Shown here in pieces: positions 13,143 to 26,000 of a stretch of 64,000 nt of DNA. The stretch is from contig NC_092673.1 of the NCBI RefSeq assembly GCF_964355755.1, forward strand, positions 14,294,948 to 14,358,947, written 5' to 3'. The notes beneath the pieces were generated by a model. The model saw nothing but the letters and a program-made list of their open reading frames with translations. It ran no database searches and was not told the DNA's origin. Each line of letters starts with the position of its first letter. The first letter of the stretch is position 1. Position numbers and translations under genes: made by a program. This DNA is from Antedon mediterranea. Its lineage: Eukaryota; Animalia; Echinodermata.

Positions 13143-14570
13143 AGCCCTTTTCCACGAAGTGCGAAACATTTACGAAAAGAAGAATTTAGCGGTAGCTCAC
13201 CTCCGTGATAAATGGGAAAGTCCGCTATAGCGCCCTCTAGTGGGACCACTCCCACGTAATACCGTCATCATTTCTTTTCGTATCGTCGTACTGACAACAC
13301 AAAGTTTTTTAAGAGAAGATTGGAATTCCAAGGAATTCAAGAGACTAATCAGAGTCAAGCTAGCCGAGGCTAAGTTTATCGTTTTATAAAGAATTAGATA
13401 CGTTGGAATACGTTGCCTCGTTTGCTTAAACAAGGCAGAAATGCCGTTCTTTATCGTTTAATTTGAACTTGACACGTTGGAAACCGTCAGAAATATTTGT
13501 AGAGTTCACCGGCTGAGTGTAGGCAACAAATAACAATAGAATATCAGTCAGGCGTATTGTAAACAACAAACTACTTACGCTAGGTTAAATAGGCTGTCTG
13601 TTAAACAGTATTGTGTGTCTGTTAGACAGGTGTTTGCCCGCCAGTATGCCAAAGCAAGAGTGCGTTCAGTGGGGCCCGCGTTCGACTGTAAAGTGAGATT
13701 GCCACATGCGATGCATTAAGTGCCGTACCTGTAGCCAAGGCGAGCCTTGCGACGTTTGCGTACGTTGGACTCCAGCCAAATTTGCATCGTTACCGCAGCT
13801 CATGGAACGTACTGTTGAAGATATTCCGGAGGAGACCGCGCCTGAGTGGTAGCTACACACGATGTCGTGCCACGCGAGGAAGAGCCTCTTGCGGATGAGG
13901 TTATTCTTGGCGCCGCGCCTGTTCCCGCTGCTGCCTCTGCGATCCTACTGAGTTGTCTCCGGCGATTCTGCATGCCATTGCGGCGGCGGTTAGGGCTATA
14001 CCAAGGGACAAGCCTGTGGTGGCCCCAGTTCAACGTCCTCCTATTCCGTACTATCCAGTGCCCCCTCCTCAGACACCACTACCACCTTTTTCTGAGGGTC
14101 CTCCGATGGAGGAAGGCTACTCAAGCGATCAGACTATGGTCACGCCTTGGATGAGGAGAGAGCCGCATCGCTTAGGGGCTCGGCGAGGAGGGATTACAGG
14201 CGCTCGTGAACAGAGTTCTTCCGGCGGTACTGGTATATCTGGGAATCAACTTCTCTCCTTGAGCCTAAGCCGACGCCTTCTACTAAACGGTTCTCGACTT
14301 TCGGCGTGCGTACACCGCTTAGAAAAAGTACTACCTGTCCGGTGGTGCCTCTCGACCAGGAGTTGGTCGACCGCTTAGATACGTTTGCTCGCGATTCAAC
14401 ATCAACACGTCGAGCAGCACCGTACGACGATACGAAAAGAAATGATGACGGTATTACGTGGGAGTGATCCCACTAGAGGTCGCTATAGCGGACTGTCCCA
14501 TTTATCACGAAGGTGAGCTACCGCTAAATTTTTCTTTTCGTAATTGTTTCGCACTTTGTGGAAAAGGGCT
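13143..14570 (+). mobile_element. DIRS1-like retrotransposon derivative: ~149-bp inverted terminal repeats around a gag-like 5' remnant
   Basis: 13143-13291 is the reverse complement of 14422-14570 with a few mismatches. From ATG 13646: MPKQECVQWGPRSTVK*DCHMRCIKCRTCSQGEPCDVCVRW (Cys/His cluster like the DIRS ORF1 N-terminus), then a Pro-rich GC-rich region. No RT or tyrosine recombinase (YR) sequence, no TSD seen. Confidence 0.7.
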
Positions 14571-14919
14571 TATGTCGGGTTTATCCAGGTAAGCAGGCAC
14601 AATATAGACCGTTGTTACTTGTATAGATGATGGTATTAAATTGGTTATTGTACCATTTTAACTTATAAGGAGAAATTTAAGTCAGACTTACTTTGTAAGT
14701 AATGGAAATGCCTATGCACAACAAGATTAGGTTTTAAAAAGAACTGGTGATTCGGTGACGCGACGCATGGGTATAAAACAATAACTAGAATCTAATGATT
14801 TATACAACATACCGGCAGTAAGTTTCAGATGGTGCACCTAATTTACACTTTCAGACATCCAGATATACTTCTCAAGTGGTTTAAAAAATTTGTAATAATT
14901 ATATTTTTTCTCTTTTTAG

Positions 14920-15830
14920 GTATCTATAATAGCTCTGGGTGAATCAATGAAGCGGGAGGCGATGTTGTTTGGGAAGCGGAGAAAAGTACACGACTGAGTT
15001 GCGGTCTATTCGGCGCATCGTGCCGGTTGCCAGCTTTGTCAAAGTGGTAGCAGATTTTGAGGCGTCGATGTATGCGAAATGACTGGATGCTTTATTTCAT
15101 TATACACAGGTAAAAATACAAATTTTTGTTATTTTAGCATTTCCTTTTTTTTTCATCTTTCAACTGTGCTGCACTAAAAATATGTTATAACAACAATTAT
15201 TTCATTTCCCTGTTTTTTCTTATGTTCCTATCTTTAACTATGCTGCACCAAAAACTAAACGCTGGAATAATGTTATGTTATGCATGTTTTCTTATCTTTC
15301 TCTTAGGCTATCATTCGCAAGGTCCAAGAAGTTGGCCTTCCAACACGTCTACATGCAGGAACCAAACACCATTTTTTTTGCCAGTGGAGCATGTACATGC
15401 TGTCTTTCATCGTCTGGAACAGGTTGCAGGCAACTCAACACTAATATTGGCAATGATGACGTACATGCGGATTTATGAAGATGTTTTTACTTCTATGGAT
15501 TGGACTGTTTTTCGGCAGCAAATCAAGACAAACATTGATGTAGAAGGGTAATCACCACACCAATGTCTTAACCAAAAGCAAAGAATAGTAAGAATAACTT
15601 CAAACATTCATTTTGTCAACAGCTTAGTTTTGTCTTTCACATGCGTATTGTTTTTTTTTTATCCACAGCTAATGTACACTTCTACTTACTCTGTAAGGGT
15701 TGACGGTTTCGATCCATGCAAAGTTGGTTGGCAGCGAAGAAGACATACAGAACCAGTCATGCAATACTGCACGAGCAACGGATCGTCTGAACCAGTTGTG
15801 GGTCGAATACGTCCCATAACTACTTATTAG
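14920..15830 (+). mobile_element. MULE/Mutator DDE transposase remnant (catalytic region, with introns)
   Basis: VVADFEAS and FHYTQ (~15044-15108), intron, AIIRKVQEVGL (~15307-15340), LPVEHV...DWTVFRQQIKTNIDVEG (to 15548). Confidence 0.85.
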
Positions 15831-16189
15831 CGTTATTTTAAATTGTTTCTAATTTTATTGTTTTTAATTAAATTTTTCAATATATTTACTTTGATCTTTA
15901 TTAATTTGCAGTATAATTGTTATTATGCTAGCTACTGTACCTTCACACACACGGTCCGAAAATAAACAAAATCTAAGGGGATAGTTTACGGTATCTAAAG
16001 GAAATTAGGGAAAATGTGATTTTTTTTGCTTGTTCAATAAACACAAAATTAGACTGAAGAAGGCAAATTCTTCACATTAACAGGTTTTAAATACTATTAT
16101 TATTCAGCTTTTTTTTTAAAGAGCAACACAATTATTGTTTTTTTACATTGTACGTTTTTTAATTTCTGCCACCAATTATGTTTTAACAT

Positions 16190-16476
16190 CCGCTGTACAA
16201 ATGGAACCATCACACTTTATAGCAATTAGTAAAACTAATAGGGGTTATTCAGTCATTAATGATATGGTGCCATATACCAAGACATACCATACTTTTGCAG
16301 CAGCTGCCAACAGAAATCCTAAAATCCATAGCACATCAGTACCACTTTTAAGTTCAAGGGAAAAATAGGGGGTATTCATTTGCTCATATACGCAAAAGTT
16401 GCGAGTGCTGAATGGCCTATGTTATCCTTCAATTGTCCAAAGCCAATAGAGAACCTAAATTCATCCGACCTTTCTA
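16190..16476 (+). pseudogene. Possible ubiquitin-specific protease (C19) His-box remnant
   Basis: SHFIAISKTNRGYSVINDM...GIHLLIYAK (one frameshift) resembles the USP pattern H-Y-x-A...ND...YLLFY. No Cys box seen. Confidence 0.4.
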
Positions 16477-17168
16477 CACAGGAATTGCCAACTGGTTCCA
16501 ACAATATAAGTACCAAAGAAAAAAATTCAGTAGATGATTTAAACAAAATGCCGTTTGATCCTACTTGACAAGTACCACAGGAATTGCCTATTGGTTCCAA
16601 GAATTTAAATACCAAAACCAATTCAGTAGATGATTTAAGCAAAATGCCGTTTGATCCTACTTGACAAGTACCACAGGAATTGCCTATTGGTTCTAAGAAT
16701 TTAAATACCAAAACCAATTCAGTAGATGATTTAAGCAAAATGCCGTTTGATCCTACTTGGCAAGTACCACAGGAATTGCCTATTGGTTCCAAGAATTTAA
16801 ATACCAAAACCAATTCAGTAGATGATTTAACCAAAATGCCGTTTGATCCTACTTGGCAAGTGCCACAGGAATTGCCTATTGGTTCCAAGAATTTAAATAC
16901 CAAAACCAATTCAGTAGATGATTTAAGCAAAATGCCGTTTGATCCTACTTGGCAAGTACCACAGGAATTGCCTATTGGTTCCAAGAATTTAAATACCAAA
17001 ACCAATTCAGTAGATGATTTAAGCAAAATGCCGTTTGATCCTACTTGACAAGTACCACAGGAATTGCCTATTGGTTCCAAGAATTTAAATACCAAAACCA
17101 ATTCAGTAGATGATTTAAGCAAAATGCCGTTTGATCCTACTTGGCAAGTGCCACAGGAATTGCCTATT
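16477..17168. repeat. Tandem repeat, 99-bp unit x7 (33 codons)
   Basis: ggaattgcc at 16481 and 16580, recurring with period 99. The + frame is ELPIGSKNLNTKTNSVDDLSKMPFDPT(W/*)QVPQ. Confidence 0.98.
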
Positions 17169-17348
17169 CATATACCGGTATATGACATTGAATGAATAAA
17201 GGAAGAAAAAAACCATGGTCAAATTTTTTAACTGAAACACCCGACAATTATCTTGCTCGCATGTCACAAAATGGTACATTTGGAGATCATTTAACACTAC
17301 AAGTTGTTTTTGAATTATTTTACATTTAGATAATTGTAGTCATCGCAG

Positions 17349-17433
17349 TTTTCACATTTGTGGGTGATGCGTTTTTACATTTGTGGTTGTTCTCACATTT
17401 GTGGGTGATGTGGTTGTTCTCACATTTGTGGGC
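17349..17433. repeat. Cluster of acatttgtgg motifs, probably a DNA-transposon subterminal repeat
   Basis: Four copies of acatttgtgg within ~85 bp. Confidence 0.6.
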
Positions 17434-17509
17434 CCTTCCCTACCTAGACCTACTTTAGATCTGACTAGGCCCATTTGTTTTGTTTTATTTGTGCATTGTA
17501 TATATTATA

Positions 17510-17665
17510 GGTGATCAAGTTGAGGCTAAATTCAACCATATGTGGGATACACCTCGAAAAAATATAGAAAAACAAAGGAAGGCAAGGCGAAGTGGAGCAG
17601 GTGCTATGATGATACAAATGGGCAAAGCAGATGGAGATTTTGTTGCCACATATGCAACCAAGAAA
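17510..17665 (+). pseudogene. MADF/Myb-like DNA-binding exon remnant (Harbinger ORF2-like)
   Basis: AG/GT-bounded segment GDQVEAKFNHMWDTPRKNIEKQRKARRSGAGA, resembling the C-terminal helix and SGxG motif of MADF domains. Confidence 0.45.
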
Positions 17666-17851
17666 GTAAGTTCCGTTGGAATATTCTAAATAACCAACTA
17701 TTTTATAAACATGTTTCCTAAACATGGTTGGGCATTTATTAGCCAATAGATGGTTTAGCTGACTATTAGACCATCATTGGGTGTGCTCAACCTTTTCACA
17801 GTGAAGTAAATTCTAAAATACAAAGAAAATAATCACTGTAAACTACTGTAA

Positions 17852-19005
17852 TAAATGTTTAATATAACCAAATTATTTTCGAAGTGAAAGGTAAACTCTT
17901 GTACTGTATGTATTTCTTTGAATATTGATATCAGTTATAGGTCTAGGCCCTGAGACATTAATATTATTTAAATAGACAAAGGTTACAAATCGGCAAAAAT
18001 CTTTACAATGGATGATGGTCATGCATATGGTCATAATTGTAACACATTCTTATGTCTGAGCATGGTCTGAGGCTATGTTCAGACCCATGGCGTAACTAAG
18101 CATTTATTTTTTTTTAAATATAGTACAGCCATAAACTTGTCCAGTCTAGTCTTCCTGTGGATGCAGATGCAGACTTTGATATAAAGCTTAATGGTGGTGT
18201 CGATATAGCAATCCCTGAAGTACTGAAAAAACATTTAGCATTGTTCATACTGAAAACAAGAGAGTATCATATCCTCATCAGTCAAAATAATCAAGCTGAA
18301 CATTTTTTCCACCACCTAATTTTGGACAGAGAAGATAGAGAGTACCCCAAATAGTACGGGAGGCCATTTACATCAAAAAGAAGAAACCTTCTCTAAATCG
18401 TCATCAGGTCATAGAACACTCATAGGATTCTTTTAGTGAAGGCATGTGAATTTTTTTGCTGAAATTTTTTTTAACACCAAGTTCTGAATACTGGTTTAAA
18501 AAAATATTGTGTTTTAGATTTGGCAATGGTTGAGTCACAAGAATGTATCCTTGGAGAGGACATATAAATATGGAAAAAAAGGTTGTGCATACTTATCAGT
18601 ATATTCCAATTTTAGGTTCCAATTATTTGGCTCAAAATGATGTTTGGACAAGCACACATCAAGTGTAGAATAGTATACAAAATCCTGAGTTATTAGTTGT
18701 TTAAAGTGGTCAAATATCATTTTCGTCGTAATCCCAATGCATTATGGTTACGAGTTTGAAGTTGTAAATACTCTTGGGGCTAAGAGATGCAAACAAAAAC
18801 TACAAGCATTCTATTTTGTAGTTGAGAATTTTGAGTGAAGATACAGAAGCACTAAAAAATCCATCTTGCACACCTTGTACATACTGTAAGTATGTACAAG
18901 GAAATCCCAAGGCCTTTGATCACTGATTTAAACATTTTGGAAACTACAGGCATTATACTTGTTAATGGACATCAGTATCATCGACTAGGATTTATTGGTA
19001 AGCAT
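17852..19005 (+). mobile_element. EnSpm family A, copy 3
   Basis: Colinear with 4776-6179. Retains a block deleted in copy 1: EFEVVNTLGAKRCKQKLQAFYFVVENFE*RYRS (~18752-18850), the D-x-F-E-x-x-N-P-L-G motif region. Confidence 0.88.
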
Positions 19006-19034
19006 AAGTGGCAATACAAGACTTATTTTATTTA

Positions 19035-19520
19035 GATTGCCAATTAGAATAGCCCCACAAAGCTGACAAACAAACCACTTTCAACACTAATACAAGTTTC
19101 AAAAAAAGCATACGTACTGAAGCCACACAAATTCATTGCCAGGATTGCAAGCTTATTTGATGCTTTCAATGGAAGAGCCTAAAAAAAAAGAAATTGAAGA
19201 GGCCGGTGTCTAAAGATTCTGAACACAAAAGATTTCTTGAAGAATTTAAGATGGATCAAATCGTCCATTGTGTTTCAAAGGATGGTTTCTGTCTATATCA
19301 TGTCTGCTAGACATAATATGGCAAGATTTACATGACAAGGATGTAATGATTCTGTTAACATCTCGTTTTAACCAAGATGTTTTAGAAAATCTATTTTCTA
19401 CTATTCGGAAAATGGTGGATTTCGAGATAATCAATCTCCATCAGAATTTTGATATTCCTTCTGATTGGTATTGGTTGCAAAACTGATTCACCATCTATGT
19501 CATCAAATTGTGCTCAAGGT
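19035..19520 (+). mobile_element. P-element/THAP9-like transposase C-terminal remnant
   Basis: LFDAFNG (~19153-19173), GWFLSISCLLDIIWQDL...LLTSRFNQDVLENLFSTIR (19268-19410), then frameshifted GGFRDN. Confidence 0.85.
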
Positions 19521-20067
19521 AATAAGTTTGGGTTGACCTTAACATTAAGGCTTTCTTTGTAAAAGACACTTAAAAAGAGCATGGAAACTTCGTAATGAAG
19601 CAATAATATCAAAGGACAGTCAAAACCACCTTTTAGGTAAATAGGAATTTGTTCCTCAGTTTCCTCCTGTTTATATGTTTTTTAATTTTACTATCATTCA
19701 TCTAATATAAATCTCATTTCACATAGGAGTTAAATTGCAAAACCATTATTATTTAACAATGCAGTAGATGGCTATTGAAGATCTAACACCTATGCTACGT
19801 GCGCGTTTGTTCTTTTGTGGCAATGGCGGGCCGGTTACATAATAATGTCGCTTCCTTTATGTATAGCGCAAAGCACATCATGAATGGCGGCTTCTTTCAT
19901 GTATTTCCCCCCTAAATCAAAGCGGTGGAAATCGCGCTTATTTGGGAGGGGTGACTACAAACTAGTTTATAAGGGGTAACACAGATTGTTTTCTCTAACA
20001 CTTACCATTTGGTTAAGATATACTGTATTGATATTACATTGTTGACAAACTTAATTCGTATTTTATA

Positions 20068-20320
20068 ATGGATGGACCAACTATTGTTAAGAAGGGTAGA
20101 GGCGTTAACATTCCAAAGATAAGACGGCAAGAGACGGAAAACAGTATTGGAAATGTATAAAAATGACATGTTCTGGAAGGTTGAAGGGGACGCACTTTTT
20201 GTTAGTATGGCTACTCCACATAGCCATGAAGTGGACGAAGAGTCTGTTAGCAGAGACATACTAAAGGCTGGATTATGTCAACGTGCTGCCGACAACCCAA
20301 CACAACTACTCCGACAGGTA
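20068..20320 (+). mobile_element. FLYWCH zinc finger / MULE transposase N-terminal exon
   Basis: ATG at 20068; YWKCIKMTCSGRL (~20145-20184), then after a frameshift HSHEVDEESVSRDILKAGLCQRAADNPTQLLRQ and a GT donor. Confidence 0.7.
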
Positions 20321-21130
20321 CGTCAATTTAACTTTATTTACCCGACGAATGGTCTCTTACTAAGGAGAGTAAACGGTTCCTGCTTCACCAAGATGAGACG
20401 AGATGCTTATGTATTTAGGCCTATTTGTTTTAAATAGTTTCCGAATGTAATATAATATTTACGATATTTATTTTGTAGTTTAAATATTTATCGTATTTAT
20501 GATGTTTAATTTAGTACTGTATTTAAATGTAATTTAGTATTTAAATGTTGACAATTTCCCGATGCAATATAGTATTTAAGATATTTAATTTAACTCACAA
20601 TGTTAAAGATGTGTAACTTATCTCACCGTAAAATGTTTAAAAAATTCCCGATGTAGGCCTACCGTATAGTATTTAAGATGTATATTATTAATATAATTTA
20701 TCATATTTAAAATGTTTAAATTTACGGTAACTTAGTATTTAGAATGTATTATATTAAGATATTTTCTTAATGTAATGTAGTATTAATGTTTAATTTAACT
20801 CATAATATTCATGGTATTTAAAAATAATTATTAATATTTCATTAGCTAGGTTCGTGCGTGTGATTGTTTCGTTTTTGCGTATGAAAAAAACATTTCAAAA
20901 CACCAAGGTATCTTAGGTAATAGAAACCATTAATTAACATACACTTTTTCATAGTTTTGTTATTGTCGGCAATGTGGGTTTTCCGTGTGCCGACTAGGCT
21001 ATTTCATAACCCATTCACATAGCCAGTCGGCAAACTGGTCAGATACCATCAAAACTAGCCCTTCATAAGAAATTTGGATATAGTCTTAGCATAAGAACTG
21101 GCAAGTGCTGCCTGAGTGGACAGGAATAAA

Positions 21131-21302
21131 AGAAATACAACAAAGGAGACAGTGTGGTGAATTGTGGGTGGAGACTGAATAAGAGTAGAAATACAACAAA
21201 GGAGACAGTGTGGTGAATTGTGGGTGGAGACTGAATAAGAGTAGAAATATAACAAAGGAGACAGTGTGGTGAATTGTGGGTGGAGACTGAATAAGAGTAG
21301 AA
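21131..21302. repeat. Tandem repeat, 56-bp unit x3
   Basis: agaaata(c/t)aacaaaggagacagtgtggtgaattgtgggtggagactgaataagagt at 21131, 21187 and 21243. Confidence 0.97.
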
Positions 21303-21926
21303 AACAAATAAGGTAGCTTGGTAGAGATAAACAATTTTGGAATGGAACCAAAAGAAACAGCTTACTAATGAAACTTAAATTAGTCAATGGAATAATTTTA
21401 CCGATCTGGGAATATGTTCCTAATGTTAAGTCCAAAAGGGTTTGTACTTTTTAAGTAGTAATTCCCAGTGGTTTTCCGTCTTTGCAAGTTTTGTCGCTCC
21501 ATTTGACATCGTGGTCTATTGCAATAACTCTGAAATTTGCAATCGAGTGAATTAAAATGTTCGGCTACAGGTTGAATAGATAATTCATAAAGTAATATAC
21601 TGTGAGGACATATAAAAATAAATGATTTATAAAGTAATAATAATATACTGTGATATGAATGATAAATATGTGAATACAAATTCGCAATAAAATAATGAGT
21701 GATCCGTGTGAAAAAGCCAAAAAAAGGTACGAGTAAACAAAATAAAAGGGTACAGGTAAGCAAGAAAATAGGTACGGGTAAACAAAATAAAGTACTTGGA
21801 CAAATAATTGGGTACGAGTTGGTATGTGTACGGGTTGGTTTGGGTACGGGTTAGCCAAAGTGTGTAGTAGCAGTGGTGGTGAACAGACGTGTTTTTCTGC
21901 TCGCTCCCCAGGCCTCATCCTAACAA

Positions 21927-22766
21927 ATGCCAATGGCCTCGCTACTGGAATCAACTCCAGACATGGAAGAATCTGACGATGCTGTTTTAAAAGCAATTCA
22001 TACTGCTTTATCTGAATCGACAAAAGCTTTACCTATAACATCAAAGCTACGAAGTGGAAAAGATACCGGACCAAGCCTAGACGCGGTACTGTCTAAGGTT
22101 ATTTCTACAATTCAACCTGTGCTAATTTCAATTGTGTCTGCAGCTGTGAATGCGTCGACCAAACACATGATCGAGCTTCTCGCAAAGGGTGACAAAGAAA
22201 GGAACATGGCAATAGATGTAGCAGTGAACTCTGTGAGTAGAATTAAAAGTGAAGTACAGTTAAATAGATTTGCGCTCGATAGATTAGAGCAATATAGTCG
22301 AAGAGACAACATCAAAATATATGGCATACCAGAAGCTAGTAATGAATCCATGGACGACTTATTTATAAATGTAGCGGCTGAAATAGGTGTAAACATTTAC
22401 ACATAACGACATTAGCGTCAGTCACAGGCTACCTAGTTAGGGAACTAACAAACTTATAATAAAATTTGTTAAACGTAAAACAAAAACACACATTATGCTA
22501 AATAAACGAAAATTAAAGGAAACGAAAATTGAAGGAAACCCAAAACAGGAAGAAAGTCTACATTGAAGATGATTTGACCCAACTAAGAAGTAAGATTGTG
22601 CGTATGTTGAAACGAGATGAGGAAATTAAACAAGTTTGGACTGTCGGTGGGCGTGTGTATTGTAAAACCTTAGAAAATGGTAAGGAAACAAAACTGTTGA
22701 TCGATTTACCGGATGATTTGATGGCAAGAAGATAAAGTGAAAGAGCTTGGCCTATTTATTGACTAG
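21927..22766 (+). mobile_element. LINE (CR1/L2 group) ORF1, disrupted
   Basis: Coiled coil, then LEQYSRRDNIKIYGIPE, DISVSHRLP, IIKFVKRKTK, VYIEDDLT, VWTVGGRVY. Stops and frameshifts. Confidence 0.9.
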
Positions 22767-22819
22767 GACAGGCACGCAGTGTTTTACAGGATCACTCCTA
22801 TAGCTCTCCTACATCGAAT

Positions 22820-23022
22820 AGTCTTCATTTTACTAGCTTAAATGTGTGTGGTCTGAGGAGCAAACTCAAATTGGGTGTGTTAGAACAATATTTATGTAAT
22901 TCAGACTTCGTTTGTCTGTCGGAAACGAAATCGGATTCAATTGATGGTAATGATATTGAGGGATTTGTTCCATTTGTGAAACTGGCTAGCGAGGGCGAAC
23001 GTTTTGGTGGTTTTCGGGGTTG
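22820..23022 (+). mobile_element. LINE ORF2 AP-endonuclease N-terminus (3'-truncated)
   Basis: SLNVCGLRSKL...DFVCLSETK...RFGGFRG immediately after ORF1. Confidence 0.85.
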
Positions 23023-26000
23023 ACCAGAACCCAATACCTTTACAGTATATCAGCCAAATCTGTGTTAGTGTTGCCAGCAGGTAAGCTGTAAAAAGAAGGA
23101 ATGCTGCAGTCTAGGGTTCCTCACTCAGCAGCCTTTCTCTAGCCGTTGGTCTCTTGAATTTGATTTGGTTTTTGTTTTTTTGGCAGTTTGTGAGGATTGA
23201 TCTGATTGGTTGAGCATTCACATATGAATGGTTAAAAACTTTTCTTAGTATTTCAAATTAAATGGTTTAAACTATGAATGCCTAAAATCTTAAAAAATGA
23301 CCACTAAAATTAGCATTCAAATGCTTATCAAAGGCAAACCCAATTAGTGAGTGCTGACACCATCCAAGTACATCTGGTGGCAATAAGTGGCCATCAAAAC
23401 ACAATAAGGCTGTTGACTAGGATATTTTTCAACAAATAAAGAAACAAAAAAAATGAAGAAATGTAAAATTGAAATGTTTTTCATTGCAGAATCTATAGGA
23501 CATCAGTTGATTGAGAAAAATAAATCAACTAAGATGGAAAGCTGCAGCTACTTTGAATACTACTTCTATAAACTGCCACCTACAACTATTTGAATTTTTA
23601 AAAAACTTCAACACTGGTTTAAATAATTTTGAATTAGCAAAATGAAGTATTTAGGAAGACGTTTGTATTGCTGGTTTTCACATTGATTCAAGTCAAATAT
23701 AAATTTAAACAAAAATTTGCCTTGGAAATGATGGAGTACATCTATGGCATGGATATGCTGTATTGCATGCATTTAATTCTTATAAATATATTTCTGCAGT
23801 ACTGTACCAATTGATAGGTTGAGCATTTATGTATACTATTGAATGTATATTAGTGCTAATTTAAACTACAAATAAATGAAAACAACAGCAGAATTTAAAA
23901 AAAAAACCTCTTCTGCTCATGGTCAGAGCAGATGATGGAAATATTTTCTGCAAGACAATCCTTGAAGTCTAATACAACATTTTCTACTATACTAAATGAC
24001 ACCATGCAAACACTTCAAGACCAATTAAAAAACAAGCTAATGAAACAGAAGTGAAATTTAAAAGAGAGAGAAAAAAAAGAAAAATAGTAAAGTAAAGTAA
24101 AAGAGTGATGTCGAGAGAAGACAATCAGAGGCACTAACAGAAAATCCTCAATATTTTCATCCTATCTTGATAGGAGAGTTTAAAGGAAGTCATGCCTGGA
24201 ATGACATTGACAACACAAGGTGACATCATGTAATCTGGATAGAATTAAGACACTCAAAAAAGTGGTGAAGAAGAAAATGAAGATGGATGCTGAAAGTTGT
24301 TATAATATTATTCGATAACAATTGATTTAACGATTTGCTAAAAACAAATGCATCATTTTTATAAAATTTCAACTGAAATAAGGTTTAGAAGGAAAGTCAA
24401 ATTTGACAGGGATTGACCCATGAACAGCCCAAAACATTCCACAAGTAGAGACAATTTCTATTCATAACTTCATTCAGCTGCATATAAAATGGAAATTATC
24501 TATCTCCACCTTAAACCACGGTTTAACATTTTTGTTAATTGTCTAGTTCGCATCATCTCTGTTGTTCAATAATGGTTGTATTTAGATGTTGCCATATCAT
24601 AACTTGGAAGATTAAAGTTGTTGGTTGCTTAAAATGTCATCAGTGGTAGACTGTCAATTCTACATTGTACTGACAATGTGACAACCATTTGTTCTCTGCA
24701 CTGTCGAAATGCTGCTGAATTTGATTTGAAATAAAGTATGCATTCAGTGATGACAATGAATGTTCATAATTAAAGAATGTTACTTCCTGGCCATGTGACT
24801 TAAAACTCTTCATAGTCACCATCTTCTATATTGTATTACTGTATTCATAGGCCTACAAGCCATTACCATTTGCTTCAAGAACAAATTGAAAAGTTTCCTG
24901 GCAAAGAGCAAAAGTAATATATCAATGCATTTGTTACCAAATACTGTATATAATGCAGTATGAAGTTAGTATTTCCCTTATTTTCTGCTTGATATTGTGA
25001 TATGTCAGCTCAGTGTTCATCTTGGTAAGAGAAGTTTTTGTTTTTCTTCTGTCCGAAGATAGTCTGGCTGTATTCTGGCATGACATGACTTTCTGGTTCA
25101 TTATCTTTTGTTGAAAATATCACCCTATATTTATCAGTAGAAGAAATGTTTTTTGGATGATACTATTAGTATATAATTCTGGACACAAAGTTTTAGCTGA
25201 TCCTGATCTTATGGTGAGCAACAGGTATAAAGTTATCAGCAGCAAAAAACAAAACGTCATGTAGTTGTGGTATGGCAACACCTAATACATTTCTATTATT
25301 GAACTGTTGGCATATATACGATAATGTTAACCTGTAGATTGCACCAGAGACCTCCAGATTTATTGCAATTGAAAGAAATGAAATACCATAGCTGAAATTA
25401 TCTCTGCATGTTGAATGAAATGAAAGACTGTCAAATTCATATTTTTAAATTCAAAATCTAGAATAAACATTGTGGCCTCTGATTTAGGGTAAATTAAACT
25501 ATCTTAACATTCATATCTATTTCTCATAATATATTGAATGTTATCAATCATAAATCATATTTTACTTCCCAAAAAATTGATGTTTTCCAAAATTATTTAT
25601 TGCCGAAGGCATGTGCACAGTACACCTAAGAAAACTAACTGAATGCAATTTTATCAAAATATGAAAAAAAAATGACCTCTTTAATTTCATTTATGTTGCT
25701 TATCACATGAGACTGAATTTGACTCAATACAGAAATAAATGAACCTATCAATCATGTTTCAAATTAAATTGTGAAGCACCACGACCAACTTAACCAATTC
25801 ACAAATTATGTACAATTATACCTGCATTTATTTCATGTCTATAGACCAACTAAAAACATTCACATTCATAAGAATTTAAAAAGAAAAGATAACCAGAATA
25901 CAAGAAAATGATTCCTACAAGAATTTTAAAAAACAAATCACCCTCTAACTGTTTTGGGATTTGTTCACCATAATTGCTATACAAATTTAACAATTAAACA

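Noticed and set aside
16376-17122. 248-aa minus-strand ORF as a real gene
   Set aside because: It is the antisense reading of the 99-bp tandem array. One stop-free unit repeated produces the length, and the + frame is the one continuous with upstream protein-like sequence.
8381-21302. CRISPR array interpretation of the 104-, 99- and 56-bp repeats
   Set aside because: Units are head-to-tail with no unique spacers, there are no cas genes, and the context is eukaryotic.
21055-21435. Hydrophobic minus-strand ORFs as membrane proteins
   Set aside because: They are antisense translations of the purine-rich 56-bp tandem repeat.
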